In this document: piece after piece, positions 24,339 to 39,300 of the stretch | Layout: each line of letters opens with the position of its first letter | How positions within the stretch are numbered: position 1 is the first letter of the stretch | The notes under the pieces: generated by a model | What the model was told of the DNA's origin: nothing | Database searches by the model: none | Seen by the model: only the letters and a program-made list of their open reading frames with translations | Source: Ramazzottius varieornatus | Taxonomy: Eukaryota; Animalia; Tardigrada | Reading direction: 5' to 3' | DNA: 64,000 nucleotides | Assembly: GCA_001949185.1 (NCBI GenBank) | Contig: BDGG01000016.1 | Coordinates: 1 to 64,000, forward strand | Translations under genes and position numbers: made by a program

Positions 24339-26267
24339 ATGGCAAATCCTCAGAGGGTAAGTTTACGTGTATAACTTTGAATATCTGTCGGTGTTTAACA
24401 ATAACTTTTTGACTTGTTCATCTGCAGGTTGTAGGGAGTAGCGGTCTCGGGCTCCTTCTTATCCTATCTTCCCTGTTCGTTCTGTGTAACTCCTTCGGGA
24501 CCTTCAAAGGACTAGCTCGCTTAAAAGAGCGACATCGCCGAGCGGCAGGTACGGTGGTCAGTCCCACTCACACTGCCCAAGCACGCTACGCTTATCCGGC
24601 CAGCTCCAACACTTACCAAAGCGTCCAGCAGCCTGCTTCTTCCTCGGCCTACCTATCCTCCTCTTACCCGCAGTCCGCCACTTACCTTCCTTCCCGAGGT
24701 ACCCCGCAATCGTCCACTTACCTTCCCTCTCAGAGCGGTACTTATCGACAGCAGTCTTATCCTGCCGGTGCGTACCCCCAAACCGCTCAGAGTTCCCTCA
24801 ACCCGAGCTATAATGCTGCGGCGCTGTACAGTTCACCGACGCAGTACGCCGGTTACGCAGCGCCCTCTATGGCCTCCCAACAAGGTTATGGCGCAGTCCC
24901 GACAGGTGTCGCTGCGCCGAATTTCGGCTCTTATCCAGCCGGCGCATACCAAGTGAGTCCTCAGCAGCAGTCGCCCCAAACCATGGGACAACAGCAATAT
25001 CCTACAGCTGGTCAACCTACCCAGTACAACTTTAACGGCTATAATCCTTATGCCAATATCCCCCAGCAAGGTTACAATGGTTACGGTAGCTATCCGACGC
25101 AACAAGGCCGAGCTGCCGCCGCGCTACCACTGGTGCAGGTCACAACACCTTCGCCCAACCAGTTCGAACTGGCAGAGTTCTGCAAGAAGCCTGACCGGGA
25201 ACCGCGCTGCACCAAAAACTCTTTCGGCATGTGCGACTACCAAGATAACTATCCATCGTAAGTCCTTCCTTTGTACTCTCAGCCTCATTACAAGATTAGA
25301 AAATGTTCGTCCCATTTCTGTACAGAGAGGTGGCTACCGAATTTTACGGCTACTGGAAATCGCGCATCAACGCCATGGCCACCGATTACGACTACTCGAA
25401 CAGCGACCAGTACGACACCGGTTTTGGTACGCAACAGAACAAGCTGATTGATTTCGTCCATGAAATCTTTGAGGATAACGAGTTCGGAAGCCTTCCGGGC
25501 GTACCGCCACAGCGAAAAGGTTGGTGATGCCTGTAATATTAGAGCGTCTTTCAAGAACCATACTTTACCTTTGGTTTGCTTGCTTTCTTACTCTGACAGG
25601 ACTCTGCGTCGAAGTATCGGACACCATCCAGCCTGGATGGGCGCGAACCTCACGAAACCGTTACATGGTCATCATGAACAGCAACAATGTCAAGCAGAGC
25701 GTTCGAGCAGGCATCTGTCGGTAAGGGCTCTGTGATCGGTTCGGTATTGGGCGCTAACAACAACTGATAATGGCTTTGCACTGTAGCAACACCGGTAAAG
25801 GCTGTCAAACGGTGCCCAGTTGTTACAAGAGCGAATGCCGGCAACGGTATCGGTATGACACTTTACTGGTCTTTGATCCCTGCGCTCCGTCCAAGCCACC
25901 GATGCTGGAGCTCTTTAAGATACCCGACGGCTGTGAGTGCTTCGTCCTGCAAGATGAACCCGACATCACGCAGAACCTGGCTTCCGTCCCGCTTCTCAAA
26001 GTAGCACAGCAGTCGACTAAGACCAACACCAAGGGAAGAACCAGCGACTTTGCTAATGCTGCCTTGCACAAAGCCAACGACGAAGCGGCACAGGCCGGAG
26101 TACCAACTGCCACCACCACCAGCGCTACCCTTCTTCCCACAGCCAAAGCTACCACGCAGTCACCCGCCACTAGCAGCTCCACTACCACCACCACAACTAC
26201 CACCCCAACCACCGCTTCTTCGACCACCTCCACCACAAGCGCCAGCGACGCTCTTAAAGCACTATAA
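24339..26267 (+). CDS. Spaetzle/neurotrophin-like cystine-knot ligand, paralogue 2
   Basis: MANPQR|VVGSSGLGLLLILSSLFVLC signal, RHRR furin site, long Y/Q/S/P-rich prodomain, PRC..C..DNYP, knot CVEVSDTIQPGWAR..QSVRAGIC..CQTVPSCYKSECRQRY..LLVFDPC..FKIPDGCEC, and a Thr-rich tail. Confidence 0.87.
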
Positions 26268-26595
26268 CCTGTTTGTCTTCGATAATATCCCCGTCGAATG
26301 TTTTGTAATGGCCAAAATGTAAAGACGTGTCTGAGCAACACAAAGCCGCTTAATAGACGAAAACGAGAAACGGGCATGCAGTAGGCAGTACGAGAAAAAT
26401 GTACGAAGACATCTTCCAGAGGGATATCTTACGGAAGATATCTTATGCAGTAAGCTTTATTCGTAAACTTCAGTTTGATAGTTGTGCCTTCCCCGGTTTG
26501 CTGGTCGCACGCCGAGAGACGGCACTTCGGCCGCCAGCATTGCCTCCAACCATGGCTGGGCCACGTTTTGCGGTAATTTCAGTCAGGAAATACGC

Positions 26596-28050
26596 TTAGT
26601 GCAATTCACAGGCCCATTCGTTTTCTTTCTTCTCCAAGAGAAAAGTGTTGAGGAACCCATTGACGCCGCATAGATGAAGACGCAGGCAGTCTTGCTTGGC
26701 GGGAACAACCCCGATGTTGCAGAAGGTTTTCAGTCCGTGATACGGATTGGGGAAGGTACAGACCGACCTTTCTTCCTGCATAAACCGTTCTGCTTGCGAA
26801 GAGAACAAACCGGTAGCTTGGACTGCCAGGCTGCCGACACTGCTGACCCAGCCCTGTTCTTCCAGAGCTTTCCGGCGTTGTTCGGTGGTTAGAACTTTAA
26901 AGACATGGACTGTTTCACTGTCGCCCGTGCAACACAAGTACTCTCCGTTAGCGGTGAGGCTCACTGAATACAGGGCGGCTACGCGCAAGCCACGTCGCAG
27001 TTCGTGGATCTTGTCACCGGAAGTGGTGTCGAAGACTCGAATGACCGTCCCCTTGACCGAGCTCGTGGCTACGCGGGTAGCTTGCTCGTTCAACGAAAGG
27101 CATCCTATTGCTGTGTTATGTGCCGGAATTTGCAGCTTCTCTTTGAATGTGTCCAGATCATACAAGGCCAGAGTTCCTTTCTCACTTTCACAGGGGAAAC
27201 ATAGGTAGCTCTTGGATGCAGTGGCCGTGGCGAACACATGCTTTGGGTTGTGTTTGACGTCCGTTATGGTATGGACTATATCCATGTTCTTCAGCTTATG
27301 CACAAAGACCTACAACGTATTTCCGGTTTGAATTTGCCAATATGATGCAACTGGAACTTCGGCAGACGACTTGAATAAGATCGCCACGCAAGTGGCGAAA
27401 ATTTACAGCCAAAAACAGGGAGCTGCGGAAACAAAACGCACAAGATGGCGCACCCAGCCATTCAGAAACAGTAAAAACTTGCGCCACTTGAGATAAGGAT
27501 CTTGTGCGTTTTGTTTGCCCAGCTCCCAACAATGGACATGTGCGCCACTTGAGGTAACAGTAACGTTCAATACATTTTTCAAGATCCCAAATGAAATTGA
27601 GACACACTACCAAAGCCTTCACACTACCTTTTCTTCGGCGGCAACCAATACTCGAAGTCGATTAACGGCCAACCAGTTGATGGGTTTAGCGTAGCGGTGT
27701 TCGCAGATAACTTCATTACGGCGCAAGTTGAATATCTTCAATGTTTCGGGTTCAATGGCTGTGACGAAGGCTGTCAGATTGGTGCTGTATAAGCGCTGAA
27801 TGTGTATAACTTGGGGAATAGTACTGAAATCAAAGGTTATAACCAGACCGCCGGTGGAGGACAAGTCGAAGACGCGGAAGCCTTCCTGACTGGCCACAAC
27901 AAGGGAAGATCCGTCTTGGTTGAATCGGATAGAATTAACTTCCTTCTTGGGCGTGGCTGGGGAGGGAGCCGCTGCTGTTGCAACTGTATGGGCTTGTTGT
28001 TCCACCGCCAAACTGCCAGTCATCCCTTCCGGATAGTCCGAAGAACCCAA
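26596..28050 (-). CDS. Atg18: WIPI1/2 (Atg18)-type PROPPIN autophagy beta-propeller; start uncertain (ATG at 28023)
   Basis: FNQDGSSL, QRLYSTNL, AVNRLR, AH..IGCLSLN..ATSSVKGTVIRVF..ELRRG, ETVHVF and an amphipathic 6CD-like loop; one intron ~27313-27627. Confidence 0.88.
27353..27588. mobile_element. Nested MITE-in-MITE (inner copy 27418-27527, TSD AACA)
   Basis: Inner 29-bp TIRs gggagctgcggaaacaaaacgcacaagat / atcttgtgcgttttgtttgcccagctccc (2 mismatches); AACA at 27414-27417 and 27528-27531. Excision restores the 25-nt spacer of the outer copy. Confidence 0.85.
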
Positions 28051-28353
28051 CCGGTGACTATCCCTGGATATGTAATCGATGCTAAAGTATTACAGAGAAA
28101 TAAGCGGCAAATGTACTGCAGTCAACAAATCATCATTAATCGGGAGTTAAAGAATGCTGAAAACATGGACGGTGTACGGCCATAGCTCTTGGCAACGATC
28201 GTCTTCGCTTGATTGATCATTCTAACAACACAGCGAAAGTACTGAAATGTGCAACAGGTGGTACGCCGTGATACTGCAGTATTAACCCCCTCTAGCTTCC
28301 TTGTGGTCAACCGATCATACTGTCTTGTAACCGGATAGGAATGAACGTTGAGG

Positions 28354-29066
28354 ATGGTTCTGCCCATCGTTGCTGCCCGACTGTTAAGTCCTTCTAGTTT
28401 ACGCCTTTTTAGAACAACTCCCAGTCGGGCCCAGTCACTCTTCACCGGCGGTCAACGAGGAGCTCCGCAAAGCCGACATATTGTAATCCAAACGGATGGT
28501 TGTTTATACCGCAAGTCCAAATGGATACAGTCCGATCGTGCAGGTGTCGGTGTCTTCTTTGCTCCTGACCATCCCGACAATGTGGCCGTGCCAGTTCCTG
28601 TTTGGCAGATCACACCGGTCAGTTGTATAGTTGGAATGGCGGCAATGTTTAAACCAGACCGTTTTTCCAAATGACGCACATTGTTATCCAATAACAATGA
28701 AAACGTGCGCCACATTGAACAGCGATTTGGATCAAATTACTTCCCACTTTCTTTCTCGCCGTATGCTAGCCAACCTTGAGTCCTTTCTTTTACTGACTGC
28801 AGGCGACCACCCTGGCGGATATCAAACACAAGGCCGTAACGCTGGCCGTGCTGCTAGGTAGCTGGCAACGTCAGTCCGCCCAACAGGATGACAAGATTAC
28901 CGTGCTAACCGACTGCAGCGACCTCATCCAGCCCATGTCACTGGCGTACCAAGAACATGGCGAATGGCTCTGCTTTAAGCACGTTGCCTCTGATATGATC
29001 AGCAACGCCGATATTCTGGCCGAAAAAGCTTCGCTCAGCCCCGATGTCACCGGAAAGCTTTTATAA
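28354..29066 (+). CDS. Minimal RNase H1-like protein (175 aa) with predicted mitochondrial presequence
   Basis: Exons 28354-28617 and 28803-29066: IVIQTDG..AGVGVFFAPDHPDN, TTLADI, ITVLTDC, FKHV, NADILAEKA. The N-terminus MVLPIVAARLLSPSSLRLFRTTPSR is Arg-rich and acid-free. Confidence 0.72.
28633..28752. mobile_element. Palindromic MITE copy (single core)
   Basis: atgacgcac-N25-gtgcgccac core with cagaccgttttt...agcgatttg arms; in the RNase H intron. Confidence 0.7.
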
Positions 29067-29270
29067 AAGAGTCCATTTTTTTTCTATATCCGTTCTTGCA
29101 TAATTTGCATTCATTATGTACCCATGCTGGCGCTCCTCTGCTATAAACAAAAACTTACAAAAAAATTTAGTGAGAGTATTTTTGAGAAGGATACAACCGT
29201 AGATGAAGGCAAAGCGTTGCACCGGGAAGTACGTCATGAACGGCTAACGAGATTCGACACAGTGTTGAGG

Positions 29271-31154
29271 TTACTTGTTACTGATGGACTTTTGAATACG
29301 ACTCGCAGTGTTGCTCGAGGGTGATGGGGGATTTCGAGCGGAAGTTGCTAAGGCCGGTAGCGTTGCACCTCTCCTTCCGGGTGCTTCTTGGGCTTGTCGT
29401 GACGTTGACGGTGTATAGGTTGGGTCGATCAAGGTGGCAATGTTGACCGGACGCTGGTCTTCCACACCGCGAGTGGAAAAGTTTCGCTGTTGTCCATCCA
29501 TCGATATTGTCCTCCTGCGACAAGTCTTATCAATTTTGGGATGGCTTTTATCGTAGGACACAACAATCTTACCTGGCAGCAACAGAGGAGTTGGCAAAGT
29601 CGGTGGTGAGGTCTTGGACAATGCGAGGAGATGGAGGTGTCGGGTGGTAGCGAGGTGTTGGCATATCTTGTTCCAACTCGGCCTCGTCCTCGAAACTCTG
29701 AAATTGATCACACTCTATATAAAATTGCGCACCTCACGCAACAATTAATCGTCTCAACGTGATCATATAAAGTAGCAGTACATAGTTTCATCGACCTACA
29801 AGATTGGCTTCCTTCTTAGCGCTGTATCGATCTTTCAGTTTTCTCAGTCGTTCACGCTCCTTCTCGTCAATCAAGCGCGCATATTCCGCATCCTGCGACT
29901 CTACAGCAATCTTGTAGTCACGACTAGCCAAAGACTCCTGCAGCAACAAGACAAAAAAAGAACCAGAGTTACTACAGGACGGAGTTCGACTGAGCGTCAC
30001 AACCCGGGCACAGAACAGCCAATTATAATTTGGATGCGCCTGTTATGCTCCACCAACTAACCTGTTCTTCCATAGCCTGCAGTTGTCGAGCCAGCTCCTG
30101 CCGATAACGATAAATAAATAACAGGGAAAACCATCCGGAAGAATGATCGATCTATTTTACGTTATGTCGACAGACGGATCATGCGTACCTCATCTTTTTG
30201 CTCTTGGAGAACTCGCCGTCTTTCCTGCTGGTCAACTGGCGCATTTCGACCGCGCATGAGGTCCTCGTCAATGTCCGAACGAGGCGTCCTTCGGTTGGGT
30301 AGTCTCTCATATATGGTCTGAGGCGCTACACGATGGGACTGGCCACTGGGTCGGCTAGTACTGGGAACAGAGTCTAGCCTACGAATTGCAGCTTCTTCTT
30401 CTTCCTGTAGCTTTCTGGCTAATGCCTGTAGAAAACACGCTGTTACTTATCCTCTTTGAACACTCACGTTTTCGAAGCTCTAACCAACAACAAACCTGAT
30501 CGTCTTGTAGATAAAAGTCCCCGCCTACCGGCTGCACATCTTCCGAAAGCGTCTGCTGCAGTCTCTGAGCTATCTGCCGATCCCTTTCTTCCCTGTTGTC
30601 CACAAAACGGATTACACATTCAAGTCAAGTTTTCACCAGGACGATTGTATATATTACGTACAGTAACTGAAGTTGCCGCAGATGCTCCAGGTGCTTTCGT
30701 TCAATTTCCAGCTCTTCCTCAGTTTGCACTTTTTTGGCTTCTTTGATGTCGCCACGGACGATGGTCCTTTCTTTCTTGTTATGTCCGAAGTGACTTTGGA
30801 CTACACACGAAACTTGTGAATGAATATGCTATACATTAGCTGAACGAGACTTGAAGCTCACATTCTTCCTTCTGGAGACGATGTGCTAGTCCTTCGTCTT
30901 CGTGTACGACCCATTGACGACAAACTGCAAAGAGAAAGCGCACCTGCTAATTATCTTAGTTAGGCCTCATCTGCGTACACGGCCAGGCGTTCGCTGTGTA
31001 CTTGAGATTGCGTTAATGATTAACCAAGGTATAGTTAACAGTGAAGCCTAAAGATGATATGTGAGTCGACTTCGACTGGAGGTGCAAACAATCACCACCA
31101 GGAAACCTTCCCTTGCTCGAGTGAAGAGCCATTATTGGAGCTGAAGTAATCCAT
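29271..31154 (-). CDS. CCDC50: CCDC50 (Ymer)-like coiled-coil/ubiquitin-binding protein; 5' exon junction uncertain
   Basis: VCRQWVVHEDEGLAHRLQKEE|FQSHFGHNKKERTIVRGDIKEAKK matches the CCDC50 N-terminal domain; repeated D.E.A..LQ MIU-like motifs; C-terminal NIATLIDPTY. Confidence 0.78.
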
Positions 31155-32081
31155 GATTGTCCATGTAATATTCAAGCTGAATAACTACAGTTCAAGGTCG
31201 CCTGTTCATTTATGCAGATTCAGATATATCGTAAGTCCTACATCCTAGGCAGGAAATCCCCAGTCCTGTCGCGAGGTTTCCTTCTGCTCTTGTTGACAGC
31301 CAAAGAAACTGGAGCACCTAACAGAGCTGAAGCGTACTTGAAAAACCAATCTTACCACTGCGGACCAGGCCAAGTTCAGGACGGGCAGCTTCCTCCACAT
31401 CCTTATCCTTTGCACTGCCATGTCGACCGAACTCCGTCATCTCCTCCGGGACTGTCGACAATAGTCGCGTTCTTATAGTAGCAGTTCCCAACGATGGATT
31501 AAGCGGACTATCAAAGATAAGGTGAACCTTGAACCTGCGATCAAAGAGCAAACTTTTGAAGTTCCAGGACAGTGAATGATGTCGGAGCGCACTACGGCGC
31601 TAACTTATTCGCGCTACTGTGTAATGTAGCCTGTAGCCTATGACTCAACTGTTGACGAACGAGTGTTGCATACGCTATTGAATGGCGAGCGATAAGGTAC
31701 CGCCTAGGTTAACTTCCTCGCCCATAAATTAAGCTAATCACTCATAATTGTAGTTAAAAGCCGGTTCTTCAAAGCATTAGGTATTGAGTTATGTATTTTC
31801 AGCTTTCAAATTATGCTCTAAACAGCAGAGCAAAAGTGGATACAGCGAGGATAACAAAAGAGTGAGCGTCAGGGTGTTTCCATAAAACTGAAAAAGCTGG
31901 ATTACTTGTAGCTGGATATTTTGAGAAGAGTCCACCTGTTTCGGCCACTCATGGTTCCGAGGAGAGTGCGAAGAAAGCCTTCGAAAGGCAGGTGACTAAT
32001 CATAAAAATGCTAAGCAGACAAATGAGCTGCGGGCTGATAGATTACGTGAAAAATTACCGACAGCAAAAACAGAAGGGACA

Positions 32082-35552
<3,471 letters not shown>

Positions 35553-36350
35553 TCGCCGTGCTCCAAACCTCAGTGGATTCTCTGGCTCAAGCAGATACTA
35601 GCAACAAAGATCATCCAGAAGCCCCTGCTGTGCCCGTATTCCACAGATTTACGGATGAAACACGATGACGTTTATGGAACAAAAGTTACAAAACTCAATG
35701 AGCAATAGCCATAATACGAAGTCCGCTCATTTGGGCCTTAGCGTCCACTTTGTTAAGGATGACTCACCCCCGGCGGCAGCGGAGGTGTGCCCGGCGTGTA
35801 GTGCACATTCCCGTGCACCGATTTAATACCAACTCTGTGACTGGGCAAAAGCCCTGTAGCTCCGCCTCCGTGTAGCGATCATTGTCCCATTTCGTACGTA
35901 CGTCGTACAGCGTTCTGCCTTCTTGTGGGTTTGTTCTGTCTGGCCTAGTTCAGTTCAGCGTCCTCTCCCGTCTCCACCGTGGTGAATCAGTACGCAAGCC
36001 GCCTTTGAGGTTGAGTTAATTTCTTTAAATCCCACAGGTTGCAGCTCACTTGCCGACCCGGGATTACTGCTCATCACCATCTTCATCCTCATTATGTCGT
36101 AATATCATCGTTTACCCTTTGAACCACCGATCCCAGCCGTTTGTAGTTGAACTTTTGCGCACAATGGCCCACCTTTTCCACTGCATTACACTGGCCTTGT
36201 GACCGAATATAGGGCTGGTGCTGGATAATGGCAGAGTGATTATACTGCGAAGGATCGCGTGACTGAATTCTATATATTATACGATTTGTGTGTATCATTT
36301 TGTTGCTCTGTTTTGAGCCGGTTGTTTAGGGGGAATATTACGAGAAGAAA

Positions 36351-39300
36351 ATGCCGTCGCCGAGTTGTGTGACATCGGCCATGGAAGAGGACATTACTCA
36401 ACGGGATGAAGTCAAGATTTTCGCCGACGAAGATGCCGATGTCGATGTGGAAGCCGAGGGAAGCAGCTGTGACCGCACTAGCGATCTGAAGGAAGTCAAG
36501 GAAGGCTTGGTCCAAGAACGCGATCACGAGGTAAAGCAGTCCGATCTAATATTTTCACAAAATGGGACGTCGGCAAATGATTTCACAGCCACAACGTTTT
36601 CTCAAGTGGCGCGCGCTTTCAGCCACTAAGAGTGCAAACGTGCGCCACTTGCGATTGCCGTTTTGCAAGCGGCGCACGTTCTGATTGTTAATGGCTGAGA
36701 GTGTGCGCCACATAGGAAAACGATCCGGTGAAACCATTTGCCGATCTCCCGACTGTTAATTGCAGCTGTTAAACGCACTTTTAAGACTTTTTGAAAGAAC
36801 GATGAAGATGATGGTGTACATATAGGTGGTTGTTTTATGGTTGTCGGCTGTCGCAAGGGTCGAAGAGAGCGTCGTTTTACGGTCGTTTAATGGCGCTAAC
36901 CATAAAACGTTTTTTTTCATCATCTTGTCCTATACGATGTCATTTGTACGGCGTCATGATGACGGTTTGTATGGTCTTTCTTTGTGCTTATAGAGAAGCA
37001 AGAATGGTGAACGCGGACGCCTGACACAACCCGAACACTATCGTAAGTCCGTCTTTTCCATTTCGTCTTTGTAAATCTTACATCCGGATGTATTATGCTA
37101 TATTAGGCGACCGAGTCGGGGCCGTTTATTTATACTCTGACAGCCAGCATGGTTGGAGACAGTAGTGAAACAAAGGGGACACAGCTAATCGGCTCCGTGT
37201 AGTTTACAGGTTGCGCCGAAGCGAAGAGACGGAAAATATGTGGCGCATTGATAGATTATTTATTGTTTGAGCAGCGAACACTATACAACTCCAGCTGATT
37301 ACAGCTAGCGCCCATGAACTGTCGAGGAATTCCGGGCTATGTAGGAAGGTGTAGTCAGGCGTGCAATGTTGCTGCAAGCAGCGATAAATGCTATTGCTGC
37401 TGAAGCGCTCGACTGTCCAGTCCAGCATTACAACTAGCAGCTATCGGGGCTAAAGCGTGGAACGTGCTGGCGCAACAAGTGTTCATATTCCCCCTCTCAC
37501 TCTAATATGATCCTTTCTTCTCTTTCTCTGTTTCCAGGTCGGGCCAGAACGGCTGGAAATAGAGAGAGGCAAAGAGGAAGGAATGAGTATGCTGACCACT
37601 TGATAACAGGGCTGAGAAATCAGAGAGTGGCCACTAGAGTAGGAAGGAGAAGAAAGGAAGAAGGCCATGTGGTTATGAATTTCTTCATGTCCCTCTCAAA
37701 GTGAGCATCAGTTCAGTAGGGGAAGGGAAAGCGGAAACAATGCTGACCGGCCAGTTCAATATTCGAATATATCTTCGAGTATGTTAGACAGAAACTGGGG
37801 ATTGAGTGCAGTACTAGCAAGGATGTAAGGCAGGAATCTCTGAGGTCCTCGCTCACCCGCGAACCGAAAGACGGGCACGTTACGTCTGACGTTTTAGACA
37901 TAAATGTACTTACCTTTCTTAAACATGTACCCGATCGTCTTAGGATCGTCTTCTCGGTTGAGCGGCTGCAGATAGTGAGGCTTAAGACGGCGCTTCGCAG
38001 TTAGCGTTTTGGGTGATGGGTACTTTTTGACGAGGTCTAGCGAGCGAGCGCCAAACTGATGGCTGGACAAATTTGCTTTACCGCTCCGAGCTGTCACATC
38101 ACCTACCAAGCCACGCATATTATTGTTGACATTGGGTCTCCCAAAGAATCAAAATATTCATAATCGCGCTGTGTTCGGTACCCCCCTTGAACTCGCTTTG
38201 TCGCCATCGTCAGTCCCTCTGACACTGCAACACATATCGTTCAACCTCACATAAACGACACTTTTTTGCTGCTATGTGCTAGCTTAAAATAAACACAACC
38301 AAGACAACCATCGATACTGATGGTCACAGCCGCACCCCTTTGACAGAAATGCCACTTTTGCGATAAGGGAAAAAAATAGAGCATGTAAACTCGACAAGAT
38401 TAGCTTTTTTCGAATGGCGCAGTTTTGCAGCCAAAATCACTAGAAACGTACGCCACTAGAACAAGCGCGATCAGATCGTTATTCCAGGTGGCGCAGGCTC
38501 CGTCCCTTAACACCGAAACTGTGCGCCACTTGGGAAAACAATCTTGTCGAGTTGGTTTGACGAGCTCTCCTATGCGAAAAGAAATACCGAAGGAATGTCT
38601 GGATGGGTTGATGTTGTTACAGGTCAACATGGAGCTTTCTCCCCGTCGAGCCAGAGTCATTTTTATAATTTGGCGGCTGCGGCGGCAGCCAGTCATTATG
38701 GATATAACGCCATGGTCTCCCCCTTCGCCTGCGGATTCCCTTCCGTCTCACCGGCCAACCTGGCCAACCTTCCCATACCGGTAAGAACCTTCAGGACCAG
38801 CTTCCTGTTGTCAAATAGGCTCCTCGAAGTTCGCGTTACATGTGTGTATGTTGAACGTGTTAGTCCGTCGTTGACGAGTCGAATATGTCATGCTTTCTCC
38901 GGCTTCACACCAAAGACATTTAGGCAGTTCTTCCGTCCTTCTGCTCTTCTGTCCAGTGCTGCTTTGTTGGTTGAAGAGGAGGTTTCGCGGAAGAGATTGT
39001 TTAAGACGAAAATTGGGGGTTATCAGAAGAAAGACGCTTGGTTGGTTGACAGGTCTGCACTGGACCAGTCACTGGTCAAGGAAGAATTTGGAAGAATGCT
39101 ATTGTTCATTGGCTCGATAGAGAGATTATTTTCCTTGTATCTTGATAGGCTTCCCTTCCCTTGCCCATGAGACATTCCCGTGTTTCCGCTAAGCACCACG
39201 AAGGGAGGAAATAACTGCGCTCGATTTGCATTCGACAAACAGTGCTGCTTTATCGTATGATAGTAACATACTAAATAGGTCATATATCGAGAACCCAGCT

